The notes under the pieces are model-generated. The model had not been told where the DNA came from and searched no databases. It saw only the letters and a program-made list of their open reading frames with translations. The position numbers and the translations under genes are program-made. A stretch of 64,000 nucleotides of DNA from Antechinus flavipes (Eukaryota), in assembly GCF_016432865.1 (NCBI RefSeq), contig NC_067400.1, positions 610,514,001 through 610,578,000 on the forward strand, in the 5' to 3' direction. Positions 34,885-47,665 of the stretch are shown here, piece by piece; positions within the stretch are counted from its first letter, which is position 1, and each line of letters begins with the position of its first letter.

Positions 34885-35115
34885 AGGTGGCACTAAGTGC
34901 CAGTCTTAGAGTGAGGAGGAGTATTCAAATCTGGCCTTAGATACTTCCCAACCATGTGACCCTAGGCCAGCCACTTAACCCTGTTTGCCTCAGTTTCCTT
35001 ATCTGTAAAATGAGTTGGAGAAGGAAATGGCAAATTACTTCAAGGTCTCGGCCAAGAAAACCCCAAATAGGGTCACAAAGAGTTGGACGCAACTTCGTGG
35101 ATACTAAACAACAAA
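34885..35115 (+). mobile_element. MAR1-type SINE
   Basis: CORE plus ggagaaggaaatggcaaattac...gccaagaaaaccccaaatagggtcacaaagagttggac. Confidence 0.88.
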
Positions 35116-36739
35116 AATAAAAATTGTTAATAAAAAGATATTATTTTAAGTAATCTAAAAAAAAATCGGAGCAAGATGATGTCACGTACTTTTCTCTGCT
35201 CTTCTGCTTTTGTTCCCTTTGCCCTCTCCATGGGACCCTGCCTGGAGTCTCACCCAGAGACCTCCTGTTGTAGCCTTAGACTATTTGTTCCCTAGCCTGT
35301 CCCCTGTGAAGGTGGATAGAGTGCCCCGATCTGGAATCCGGAGGACTGGAATTAAAATTCAGCAATGGCAGAAGCCAGCTTGAGGTCAGAGGGAGAGGAC
35401 ATCAGGGAGCTTCAGGCCTCTTTCCTGAGAGACAGGGCTCCCTGCACTGCCTTTGCTGCCCCCCACCCTTGCTCAGGCAAAGCTCTGAGACCTTTTCAAC
35501 CTGTTGACTTCCTTGATGAAGTCTCCCTCTTAAAGACCCGGGTCTGTCTTCCAGAAAGCCTTCCCTGACCTGCCCCCTCCCCATCCCCAGTGTCTGTGAC
35601 CATAGTCCTTTCTTCTTCAGATTTCTGAGTCCTCGACCACTGCTTAATCCAGCTTACTTCCCAAGTATCTTCCTCCTTTCCTATTATTAGAACAGGATCT
35701 CTTTGAGAGCAAAGCCAATGTCTTCACTGGGTCCCAGTATCTTTCCTTTATCAGTAGAAGGGACCCTAGAGGCCACTGGCCTTGGACAGATGAGGAAACT
35801 GAGGTCCGCAGAGGTCAGCTCAGCTGTCTGCATTTCCACAGAGCTTAGCACCACGACTGCCTTGTACACTGTAGGCCCTGAGCATGTGTGATCGGTCATT
35901 TAGGCAACTCTCCCTCCTCCTGTGCTCCCACCGGACAGCCCTCTCCTTCTCCCTCACTCCTCCTTGGGGTTCTGAATTCCCTGGAGGAGGAGACCCCGGA
36001 GGGTCCCAGCCTGAGCTGAGAAGGGCCGTTAGGACAGAGAAGGTCACAATACAGGCCGTGGGACCGGCCCTTCACCGCCTGCTCAGGCCACATCTGTCTG
36101 GCCAGGAGGCTCCTAGGGTCAGGGATGGGGTAGGGGCAGGGAGCCGGTCAGAGAGCCTGACTTTGATCTCCACCGGTCCCTCCCAAGACTCTGGAACCGA
36201 AGGAGACAAAAATAAACAGTCTGTCAGGGCCTGCATGAGACAGCGGGCTCCTCACGCACGGAGGGTGGGGGCCAGGGGCCTTCTCCAGACCTTTGATGTG
36301 TGAGCGTGAGTGTGTTTGGACATATGTGTCATCGGCAGGCCCAAGCCTCGGGGCCCTGCTCCTCCATGATGTGACGGTCCTCTCGGGACTGACCAGAGCG
36401 GCAGATCCCTGTAAGTGTGCAACGTCCTGACTGGAAGCTCCATGAGGGCAGGGATCATCCCTCGTTTCACCATCAATCAGCTGATAGTCGAGAAGCAGCC
36501 TCAGACTTAGTCAGGAGAAGGAACTGCCTGGCTGAGTGACCCTGAGACATTTCTCTGTGTCTCAGTGCCTCAGTTTCTTTATTTGTAAAATGAGGGATTA
36601 AACTTGATGCACTATGTCTAAGCATGGATTCAGCCTCTGCTCAGCCCTGGGGACACAGAACAGACTCCGCCCTGTCTCTCAAGAGCTTTAATGCTAACAG
36701 AGGAAACAGCATGAACACATATAAAGAGATATACGATTG

Positions 36740-36955
36740 ATTTGTTGTTTAGTCATTTTGATCTTTCTGTCTCTTCATGACCCCATGTGGAGATTTCTCG
36801 ACAGAGATATTGGAGGCTTGGCTCTTTCTTTCTCCAGCTCATTTTACAGATGAGGAAACTGAGGTAAATAGAGTAAAGTGACTTGCCCAGAGTCACCCAG
36901 CGAGGAAGTATCTGAGGCTGCATTTGAATTCAGGTCTTCCCGACTCCAAGTACCT
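36740..36955 (-). mobile_element. MAR1-type SINE
   Basis: Reverse complement of CORE plus tail (ccagctcattttacagatgaggaaactgagg...gaattcaggtcttcccgactcca). Confidence 0.82.
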
Positions 36956-37894
36956 TTTTTATACATTGGGAAATGCAGAAGAGGCGCTTTGGAAAAGGCT
37001 GGAGGAAAGCCTGGACTTGTGATGCTTGAGCTGTTTTGTCTAAGCTTTGTATCCTCCTAAGACCTAAATGTAGATCTTGACTTTATTCTAGTATTTTTGC
37101 CAGGTGCTTGAGTTAAGTGACTTACCTGGGTCACACAGTCCCCAAACTGCCCCTTGTGCACCAAGTTTCACACCTTACGTGGATCTGTCCGCTCTTGTCA
37201 GTCCCGACATGACCACGAGAAGCTTGCTCATGGGACAAGGTCAAGCTAGGACTCAGCACTCACGGGTCCGCTCAGTTTCCCCACCTGCCAAATGAGGGAG
37301 TCGACCAGATGGCCTCCAGACTCTGATTCATCAATGTATATTGAGTCAGATTGAATCGATTTAGAGCCTCATTTAGAGCCTCACTGACTACATTCTTCCC
37401 ATTGAGATGGGCCCATGACTAGAATCCCAGCTCTAATTAACCATCCACTTAACCCTGGGTAACTTTTATAAAGGGATATTTACTTCAAAGACAGCAAGAA
37501 CAAAGTACTGTACAAACATTTCTCTCCGTATGACTGGGGCATATTCTATTTTATACCGCCTCGGGCTCAGGGGAAGTCAGTTCAAAACTTCGCTCAGTTT
37601 CTCCATCCCAATGGTCCTACCAGATTCACGTGCATTCCAGATGTGCATGACTGCTGGATAAATTCTCCCTCCGTGCAGCAGTCCTGAAGGTCATTCCCAA
37701 AGGTCAATCCTGGCTCCTTGGGGAATCAATGCTGTGTGTGCTTCAAAGCCCAGCCTGGATTCCAACTCCCAAATTCCTGGAGTGCACTCTCCTCGTGGTT
37801 AAAATGCCCTTCATTTAGAATGTAAAAAAAAAAAAAAAAAAAGTTCAAAGAGGCCCTTTTTCCTTTTATTCATGTATTTTTGAGTTAATTTTTG

Positions 37895-38530
37895 AGTTAA
37901 GTCACTTAGTAGCATTAAGTGTCAAGTGTCTGAGGGCAGATTTGAACTCAATTCTTCCTGATTCCAGGACCAGTATTCTAGCCATTGTACCACCTNNNNN
38001 NNNNNNNNNNNNNNNNNNNNNNNNNNNNNNNNNNNNNNNNNNNNNNNNNNNNNNNNNNNNNNNNNNNNNNNNNNNNNNNNNNNNNNNNNNNNNNNNNNNN
38101 NNNNNNNNNNNNNNNNNNNNNNNNNNNNNNNNNNNNNNNNNNNNNNNNNNNNNNNNNNNNNNNNNNNNNNNNNNNNNNNNNNNNNNNNNNNNNNNNNNNN
38201 NNNNNNNNNNNNNNNNNNNNNNNNNNNNNNNNNNNNNNNNNNNNNNNNNNNNNNNNNNNNNNNNNNNNNNNNNNNNNNNNNNNNNNNNNNNNNNNNNNNN
38301 NNNNNNNNNNNNNNNNNNNNNNNNNNNNNNNNNNNNNNNNNNNNNNNNNNNNNNNNNNNNNNNNNNNNNNNNNNNNNNNNNNNNNNNNNNNNNNNNNNNN
38401 NNNNNNNNNNNNNNNNNNNNNNNNNNNNNNNNNNNNNNNNNNNNNNNNNNNNNNNNNNNNTGGGATTTGAACTCAGGTCCTCCTGACTTCAGGGCTGGTG
38501 CTCTATCCACTGCATCATCTAGCTACCCCC
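37895..38530 (-). mobile_element. WSINE1-type SINE halves flanking an assembly gap (N 37996-38460)
   Basis: ttaagtcacttagtagcattaagtgtc...gtaccacct left of the gap and gggatttgaactcaggtcctcctgacttcagggctggtgctctatccactg right of it. Confidence 0.85.
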
Positions 38531-39039
38531 AGAGGTCCTATTTCTTAAGATCCATGTGCAGTCTTTTCCTGGATGTCACATAAGAATCACTGAGTTCTCT
38601 AGTGTGTCCATGGAGCAAAAAAAAAAAAAAGGGAAAGGGGAAAAGTTGACAATCTTTTTTGAATACCCCCAAACTTCCCCTTTATCACAATTTCAGAAAG
38701 TCTGAAGCCTGCTTTTTTATACATCATCACCATTGTCCCAGGAGCAAGCTTCTCAAGGTTTTCATGTGGAGAGATTGCGTTACTCATGGAAACGGATGGG
38801 GTCTTTGCAGAGTTCCAGATTCCAATTACAAAAATAACTAAACGCATATAAGAGATATACAGATTAGATAAAAATTAGTCTTTGGGGAAAAGCACTAGTC
38901 AACAAAATTTGCATGCATAATCCTATTCTAACAGTTGTAAAGATATGAAGTTGTTTTGGGGTTTTGTTTTTTAAATGAAATGGTTCTTGCCTTCAAGAAA
39001 TTCACATACTAGACGTGTGTGTGTGTGTGTGTGTATGGA

Positions 39040-39225
39040 CATATATATTGTATTTAACAAATACTTTAACATATTTAACATGTATTGGTCTACCTGCCAT
39101 CTGGGGAGGGGATGGGGGGAAAGAGGGAAAAAATTGGAACAAAAGGTTTTGCAAATGTCAAGGCTGAAAAATTACCCGTGCATATAACTTGTAAATAAAA
39201 AGCTATAATAAAAAAAAAAAAAAAG
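39040..39225 (+). mobile_element. Marsupial L1 3' end with poly-A
   Basis: Near-identical to 5115-5310. Confidence 0.88.
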
Positions 39226-39669
39226 AAATTCACATACTGCTGGAAGAAACTAAGACTGCCTTGTTGCAGAGTCAACACTGGAGTGGTTAAATAAAGTCAG
39301 ACACACTAATATATGGTTAATGGAGCTGAAAATTAGTGTAACCATTCTGGAAAGTCATTCTGGAATTATGTTTTTTAAAAAGTCACGAGAATGTCCACGT
39401 CTTTTAATCAGAAATTCTGTTGCCAAACATATAGCCAAAGGAGATCAAAGACAGAAAGGTCCCATATACCTCAGAATATTTATAGTAGCCTCTTTTTGTT
39501 AGAAACAATGAACATCAAGGATTCAGAGACGTCTGGGAAGATTTGTATGAAATTATGCAGAGAAAAGTGAGCAGAGCCAACAGGCACAAAGACTACAATG
39601 ATATGAGTGGTGTTTATTAATGTGCCTATTTTGTGTTCATTTGATTCATATTGTTTCATATTGACTATG

Positions 39670-39930
39670 TTGTGAAGCTAGGTTGTCCAGTAGGTAGAGT
39701 GCTGGGATTGGATTCAGGAAGAGCTAAGTTCAAATCTGGCCTTAGACCCTTTCTGTGTGATTCTGGGCAAGTCGATTCTGCCTGCCTCAGTTTCCTCAAT
39801 TGTAAATGTGGAGATAATAGCACTTTCCTTTCAAGATTATTGTGAAAATTAAATGAGATAATATTTTAAAGCATCTTAGCACAGTGCCTGGCATATAATA
39901 GGTACTTTATGAATGTTTGTTTCTTTTCCT
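39670..39930 (+). mobile_element. Near full-length MIR
   Basis: gtaggtagagtgctgggattggattcagg...cctcagtttcctcaattgtaaatg...cttagcacagtgcctggcatataatagg. Confidence 0.9.
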
Positions 39931-40169
39931 TTTTGGTCTACCAAAATTTAAATCTTCCTGATAGGGGATTTGGTAACAGTCCTTTCTCAGCACCATGGCC
40001 AGTGATATTGACCTTCTTTGATTTTGAAATTAAACTAATTCATTTGTATTTGATATTTGAAAGATCATGCAAAACAGGAGAGGTACCTCAAGGAGAAGGG
40101 CAAAATATGTCCCAATTTCCCAAAAAAAGGGAAGAGAATAGCGTAGTAACAATAGGCCAATGAGTTTGG

Positions 40170-41035
40170 CTTGGATTCTTGGAAAAATTCACATTAAGAA
40201 CATAAAAGAGATGATTGACTACCATCTAGAAAAGGGAGCAAGAATTTCTAAGAGCCAGCCAAGTCACACAAGACTAAATGTAACAACTTTTTTTGAAAGG
40301 ATTGCTAATTAGTAGATGAGGGTAATGTTGTAAATAGAATTTATCTAGATTTTTGTAAATATTTTGATAAATTGTTTCATTCTATCCTTGTAGAGAGAGA
40401 TATAGATTAGGCAATAATATAATGGTTTCCAGATTTCATGGAAGACCAGATTCACAGCATGATTGTTAATGGTTTAATATCAATATGGAAAGAAGTCTCC
40501 AGGGATCTGGGCCTGGTATTGTTCCATTAAATATTGTTGTTACATTTTGGTTGGACACCTAGATGATGGATAAAATGCCTGGCTTCAAGTCAGGAATATC
40601 TAGATTCAAATTTGGCCTCAGAGACTTACTGTGTGATGTTGGGCAAGTCCTTTAACCCTCTTTGTCTTGGTTCATCATCTATAAAATGGTCTGGAGAAGG
40701 AAATGGCAAACCATTCCAGTATCTTTGCCAAAAAAAAAAATCCCTAATGAAGGATTCAACAACAACAAAGTACATTGGTTTAATAAAGGTATTATAACCT
40801 GGAGAGACAAAGATAAATCAATAAAGATATTGATTACTAGGATGGCAAAGAGTTCAAGTGAATGTCAAGTGAAGATTGATTGAAAAAAGTGGGGATATTT
40901 AATTTAGAGAAGATTCAAGGGGGACATGTTGGTTGCCTTGAAGAAGGGAATTCTTTTTGGCTAAGGGTTGGATGAAATAGTTATTGAGGTCCCTCCCATC
41001 TCTGAAATTCTGTTATTCAGTCTATCTGAAAGTTT
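40170..41035 (+). mobile_element. L3/CR1 RT and 3' remnant interrupted by a MAR1-type SINE (40555-40775)
   Basis: gatgagggtaatgttgtaaatagaatttatctagatttttgtaaa (CR1 RT, D..YLDF.KAFD region). Resumes after the SINE and ends gaggtccctcccatctctgaaattctg. Confidence 0.75.
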
Positions 41036-42741
41036 TCAGATGAGGATTCTAGGAAGATGGCAGAGTAGCTTGGTAAATTTTAGCTTTCCCAATTTCCCTC
41101 ACAAATAAAACAAAAAAATGAACACAGGTGAAAAACCAAGAAGACTTGGGGCAGAACAGGGGTCCTCCTGATACAAGTGGAGAAGATCTGAAGAAAGAGC
41201 CTGGGGAACAGCATTAACCTGTCTGATTTGCAGAACACCTGTTAGCTCCACAGAAACCTTCAGGCCAGCTGGGTGTGGCTGGAGCTTCAGAAGGAACCAG
41301 AGACTTTCACCCCCCAGACTGTTTGTAGAGTTGGGGTTTGTGTCCTTGAAGACAAGTGAACCTTGGCTGGTTGGGAACCCCTGGCCTCAATCCAACTGTG
41401 GTGCAGGGACACTGCCCTGGGTGAGAAGGAACCAGCATCCGATGAGTGCAGAAGCAGTGGGGAAGGGATGCTGCTGGCTGTGGGCACTTGCAGGAGAAGG
41501 GAGCTCTTGGTTTGGAGTTTCTGGTCAGAGTAGACAGCTGAAGAGAAGTTTGAGGTACCCCCTTCACATACACATATGATTAGAGGTGCTTACACTAATA
41601 CCTCTTATTAAAAGTTAAGTGAAACTGCAAAGAAGAAAGAACCCCACCTTGAAACATATTATGGGAACAGGGAAGACCAGGATTCATCTTCAGAAGAAGA
41701 TACTTTAATAAAAAAAAAAAAAGCTTCTACCCCAAAGAGTAACAATGCGAAATGGTTCCTCCCCCAGAAAGAATTTATAGAAGAATTCAAAAAAAGATTC
41801 AAAAATCACATAGACACATTGAGAAAAAACTAAAGAAAAAATTTAAAACCATCCAAGAAAAACAAGATTATGAAAAAAAAAGTTAATTAGAAAAAGAGAT
41901 ACAGAGTCTCAATGATGAAAATAACTCTTTGAAAATTAGAATTGGGAAAGAGGAAGCCAGTGGAGCTATGAGAGACCAAGAAATAACAAATCAGATAATA
42001 AGGAATGAGAAAATAGAATAGAATGTGAAGCATCTCATGAGAAATACAACAGATATGGAAAACAGATCAAGAGAAAATGTAAGAATGATTGGACTGCTGG
42101 AAAGTTGTGACCAAAAAGAGAACCCTCATACAATAATGCAGAAAATGATCCTAGAAAATTGTCCTGGAGTGATAGAACATGAGGGAAAAATAAGTAGAAA
42201 TAGAAAAAATCCATCAATCACCACCTCAAAAGATCCTTTGTGGAAAACATATAGGAATATTATTGCCAAATTTTGAAACCCTTAGATCAAAGAGAAAATT
42301 TTGCAAGAAACAAAAAAAAAAAAAAAACAATTCAAATATGCTGGAGCTACACTTAGAATTGTATAAGACTTATCAGCAGTTACAATAATAGATCACAGGT
42401 CTTGGAATCATATCTACAGGCAAGCAAAAGAACTAGGCCTGCAGCCAAAAATATATCCAACAAATTTATCTATAATTTTCAAAATTTCAAAAACAGACAT
42501 TCAGCAAATTTGCAGATTTTCAGGACTTTGTATCAATCAAACTTGAACTCTTACAGAAAATTTAACATAGAAGAGCCAATATCAAAGATCAATTTTAAGG
42601 AACTTAATATGGACAAACTGTTTAAGCATGGACAAATTGTTTTTTAACATGAGAAATTTAAGATTTATAGCAATCAAAAATAAGATTTTTATATCAAAGC
42701 TCAAAAGAAAGATCGACAGAGTAAAGGTAAAAATGGCAATC

Positions 42742-43508
42742 ATGTAAAGGCCTCATTTCTAAAATATATAATCAACTCAAATTTATAAGAATTCAAACCA
42801 TTCTCCACTTGATAAATGTTCAAAGGATATAGACAATTTTCAGATGAAGAAATTGAAACCATCTCTAGTCATATAAAAAGGTGTTCTAAGTCACAATTGA
42901 TCAGAGAAATGCAAAGTAAGACAACTCTGAGATATAACTATACAACTCTCAGATTGGTTAAGATGACAGGAAAAGATAATGATGAATGTTGGAAGGATGT
43001 GGGAAAACTGGGACACATACATTGTTGGTGGAACTGTGAACAGATCCAACCATTCTGGAGAGCAGTTTGGAACTGTGCTCAAAAATTTATCAAACTGTGC
43101 ATACCCTTTGATCCAACTGGATTTATATCCCAAAGAGATCTTAAAGGGGGGGGGCAGCTAGGTGGCAGCTAAGTGGTGCAGTGGATAGAAAAATCAGGAA
43201 GACCTGAGTTCAAATCTGAACTCAGATACTTAACACTTTCTAGCTTTGTGACCCTGGGCAAGTTACTTAATCTCAATTGCCTGGGGGTGGGGGGTTGGGG
43301 TGTAAGAGAGATCTTAAAGGAGGGAAAGGGACCCATATGTGCAAAAATGTTTGTAGCAGCCCTTTTTATAGTGGCAAGAAACTGGAAATGGAGTGGATGC
43401 CCATCAGTTGGAGAATGGCTAAATAAGTTATGGTATATGAATGTTATGGAATATTATTGTTGTATAAGAAATGAAAAGCAGGATGATTTCAGAGAGGCCT
43501 GGAGAGAC
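42742..43508 (+). mobile_element. L1 ORF2 C-terminal fragment
   Basis: FSDEEIETISSHIKRCSKSQLIREMQSKTTLRY...HCWWNC...IPFDP and MFVAALFIVARNWKWSGCPSVGEWLNKLWYMNVMEYY are typical L1 ORF2p C-terminal motifs. Confidence 0.92.
43148..43306 (+). mobile_element. WSINE1-type SINE with 14-bp TSD
   Basis: TSD agagatcttaaagg at 43134-43147 and 43307-43320. Confidence 0.92.
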
Positions 43509-45149
43509 TGGGTGGGAGGAAGTTAAGTAATAGTAAGCCAAGTTATGGAGCAGAATTTAATGAAAGAGCAGGGATAGAAAAGACGTGTGTATATGAGGTA
43601 TGTCTGTGTGAGTGTATATACATATATATATCTACATATGTATACATAAATATATCTTTTCTTATTTGTAGTTCATTTGGGTGGGGGTGGGATGAAAGGG
43701 ACTTATGTGTGTGTCTATGTGTGTGTATGTATGTGCATGTATATATCTACATATGTATATATAAATATATCCTTTCTTAACTATAGCCTACTTAGGGGTA
43801 CTGGAAAGGGATGAAAGGGGAAAAAAAGAATAAAGTTAAAAAGGTGTTCAGAAGAGAGCAAAAGAATAATTTACAAGGACGTAAAGAAAAGGATATGAAT
43901 ATAATTTCTTCTACTGATATACACACACATATATATATTATTAAATTGGTATTTGTTGTTATATATTTTGAATCCCCCCGATGTTCTGTGGGCACATGAT
44001 AATATTCTCTTTTCTTTTGTTTCATTTTGTTTTGTATTGTTTTTTTTTTTTTCTTATTCTCTTTCTTCAAATAAAATAAGTTTGGGGGGAAAAAAAGAAA
44101 GTATTCTCTAAGTTATGTTTTTCTTCATCAAGCCCTCTGGGCATTAGGAAGAGATAACATCCTCCCCATCCACTCCAACGAGGCTGAAAAAGAGCAGAGC
44201 TCCGCTGCCCCTCCTGTTCCCAATCCTTGCCAAGGTCCCTGCCTAGGACGAAAGAGTCACACATGACAAGTCTTTGGAAAAACTTCCGTCAGGCCTGCAT
44301 AGGATTTCATGAGAGTAGAGTGGGAAATGCCCTCGGAGACTATAACCAATTCTGGGAATAATGCTATTTGGGTAACTTTCAGAGGAAAAAGAGAACAAAT
44401 AACAATGTGGTATGAGGGTCTAGGATTATAGCTTCAGAACCTGGAAGAATCTGAAAGTGGAGCGTATTCTGACTTTAAATCTGGGGCTTCTCCATCATCC
44501 CACCCTTCCTGAAATGAATCACTCATACTTTGGGGTGATGGGAATAGGGCAGTTTGGGGAACCAAACTAATCTTGAAGGGGTGTTTCCTGCTAGGGGAGC
44601 AATGGGGCCCCTCATGCCTCCAAGTGAATGTGAATCCTTCAGTGAACCCTTTGCTCTAAGGTCCTTGGACCTAGGAATAAACTCAAGATGATCTAGGCTG
44701 TGTAGGGATCACTCAGAAGAGGCTGGCCTTTCATTTCTCCCTGGCTCCAGTTTCAGCCTTTATCATTCTCGGATCTTTGAGTAATTAGGACAGGACAAGC
44801 CGTTTCCATTCTTTCTGCCATAAAGGACAGATGGGTGTTTAATTAAATCTGTAATCCCCCCCAACTCTCGCTTCAAAGAGAGTCTCTCTGAAGACAGCTA
44901 CAAGGGAAGGAATCTGCTGTGATTCAGGGCTCAGTTACTGGACTGGGCAAAGAACTGGACTTGGGCTGTTGAACTCTATTCACTCAAATGGGGCCTCAGA
45001 AAGCCCAGGGCAAGAGAGGGTGACTTCCCTCACACACCTCTGCATGTCAGATTGTGGCCTTGTGGGGCTGATGGCTGTGCTGGCTTTTGGCATTGGTGCC
45101 ATTGGTCTTAGAATGGCTGGGTATGGTGTTAGTGACTATTCCTTTTTAA

Positions 45150-46110
45150 AAATTTAATTATTTCATTTTATTTTTATTTTCAATTTCCAAATACATGTAA
45201 AGATAGTTTTCAACATTCATCTTTGTACGACTTTGTGCTCCACATTTTTCTCTCCCTTCCCTTACCTCCCCCCTCCCCAAGACAGCAAGCAATCTGATAT
45301 AAGTTAAACACGTGCAATTCTTTTAAACATATTTCCATATCTGTCATGTTGTGCAAGAAAAATCAGACCAAAAGGGGGGAAAAAAAACATGAGAAAGAAA
45401 AAAATAAACAAAAAAGGGTGAAAATACCATGCTTTGATCCATGTTCAGTCTCATAGTTTTCTCTCTAGATGCAGATGGCATTTTCCATCCCAAGTCTATT
45501 GGAAATGCCTCGCAGGGGCAGCTAGATGGCACAGTGGATAAAGCATGGACCCTGGAGTCAGGAGGACCTGAGTTAAATTCGGCCTCAGACATTTAACACT
45601 AACTAGTTGTGTGACCCTAGGCAAATCATTTAGNNNNNNNNNNNNNNNNNNNNNNNNNNNNNNNNNNNNNNNNNNNNNNNNNNNNNNNNNNNNNNNNNNN
45701 NNNNNNNNNNNNNNNNNNNNNNNNNNNNNNNNNNNNNNNNNNNNNNNNNNNNNNNNNNNNNNNNNNNNNNNNNNNNNNNNNNNNNNNNNNNNNNNNNNNN
45801 NNNNNNNNNNNNNNNNNNNNNNNNNNNNNNNNNNNNNNNNNNNNNNNNNNNNNNNNNNNNNNNNNNNNNNNNNNNNNNNNNNNNNNNNNNNNNNNNNNNN
45901 NNNNNNNNNNNNNNNNNNNNNNNNNNNNNNNNNNNNNNNNNNNNNNNNNNNNNNNNNNNNNNNNNNNNNNNNNNNNNNNNNNNNNNNNNNNNNNNNNNNN
46001 NNNNNNNNNNNNNNNNNNNNNNNNNNNNNNNNNNNNNNTGTATTGCCAAGATCCATCACAGCTGATCATCACATAATCTTGTTACTGCATACAATATTCT
46101 CTTGATTCTG
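45150..46110 (-). mobile_element. Marsupial L1 3' end interrupted by a + strand WSINE1 (45514-45633) and a gap (N 45634-46038)
   Basis: The L1 3' sequence resumes after the gap (tgtattgccaagatccatcacagctgatcatc). Confidence 0.85.
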
Positions 46111-46539
46111 TTCTACTGTGGCTATTCCTTGTAGACTTTGGTATAGAAGTAAGCTTCTTGAGGGCATGAATCATCCTTTGCTTTTCCTTGCATATCTAGT
46201 GTTTAACAGAGTGTCTGGCACATGATAGACATTTATTAAATGTTTAACTTATTGACTGACTGGGTGCCTATCTATCAAGGGGCTATTATAGAGAGATTCC
46301 TCAAGTGGATGTTCATATTAAGGGGATGCAGTGGGAGGAAATCAGATTAGATAATATCTCCGTTTCTTTCTGATGCAGCAGGAGAGAAAGGTGAGGATAA
46401 AGGAAGGAACCTGAGGAAGAAGCAACTGAAGAGGGGCGAGTACATGTATAATCTATATCAGATCTGTAAATAAAATACTATTTATTAAAAAAAAAGATAG
46501 GGTGAATGGATAGAGGCAATTGATTTTCCTTCTTCATTC

Positions 46540-47060
46540 CTCTCTCTCCAACTTGAGAATTTTATTTTTCCAATTACACGTAACAATAATTTTCAACATT
46601 CATTTTTGTAAAATTTTTGAGCTCCAATTTTTCTCCCTCCCTCCTTTTCCTCCCCTCTTCTCAAAACAGCAAGCAATCTGATATAGGTTATACATATGCA
46701 ATCATCTTAAACCTATTTCCATATTAGTCATATTGTGAAAGGAAAATGAGAACAAAAAAGGAAAAACTACAAGAAAGAAATAACAAGGCAAAAAAAAAAA
46801 AAAAGTGAAACTAGCATGCCTCCATCTTCATTCATCTCCATAGTTCTTTCTCTGGATATGAATGGCATTTTCTATCCCAAGTCTGTTGGCATTATCTTGG
46901 ATCATTGAATTGCTGAGAAGATCTAAGATAGTCGATGATCACATAATCTTGCTCTTACTGTATACAATGTTCTCCTGCTTCTGCTCATGTCACTCGGTTT
47001 TTCCAGATTTTTCTGAAATCACCCTGCTCATCATTTCTTATAAAACAATAATATTCCACT
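46540..47060 (-). mobile_element. Marsupial L1 3' end
   Basis: caattacacgtaacaataattttcaacattc...catcatttcttataaaacaataatattcca. Confidence 0.88.
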
Positions 47061-47404
47061 GCAGGGGAATGGACTCTTACTAAAATGCAGTTAGGCATAA
47101 GGAAGGGCTTCTTTTGGACCACTGGGGCCATTCAGATGCCATGCTTAAATGATGAGAATTGAGGGAGAAGATGGCTCCTTTGGGTACCTAATTGCCTGGA
47201 AGGATGGGAGTGAAACAGAGACATTTGGAAGAGTAATGGGTTGTGGAAAAACAGAATATTTTTTAAATTTTGGCTTTATTTTGGATATGTTGAGTTTGAG
47301 ATGGTAAATGCTTTGAGGGCAGGAATGATTTCGTGCTTGTCTGCTTCTCACAGGATTGACACAGGTGCTTGGAGCACGCTGAATGATTAGTGATTGCTAT
47401 TAGA

Positions 47405-47665
47405 AAGGTATCATTTAATGGAAAAAATGTAGACTTGGAAGCAATGGACCTAAATTGGAATCATAGTTCTGCCATTATAAACTGTGTGTCTTTGGACAAA
47501 TTAAGTAAACCTATTTACCTCAGTTTTCCCAATTGTACAATGGGGATTTTTTGGAAGGGACATACTCCCTGCTTCCCAGGATTGTTAGGAGTATATGAGA
47601 TCATATTTGTAAAGTACCTGGCACCCTGCCTGGCGTATGATAGCCACTATATAAATGATAGTTAT
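47405..47665 (+). mobile_element. MIR
   Basis: cctcagttttcccaattgtacaatgggg...atatttgtaaagtacctggcac. Confidence 0.8.

Larger units (their letters stand above)
41040..44100 (+). mobile_element. HAL1-like / L1 composite: 5' UTR, ORF1 remnant (about 41618-42580), distinct 3' UTR with A tail
   Basis: Starts ggaagatggcagag. The ORF1p remnant ENRSRENVRMIGLLESCDQK...ENCPGVIEHEGK resembles the L1 ORF1p RRM region. Possible TSD gaaagttttc (41028-41037) / gaaagtattc (44097-44106). Confidence 0.75.

Noticed and set aside
42025-43526. ORFs as host genes
   Set aside because: They are LINE-1 ORF1/ORF2 remnants with frameshifts.
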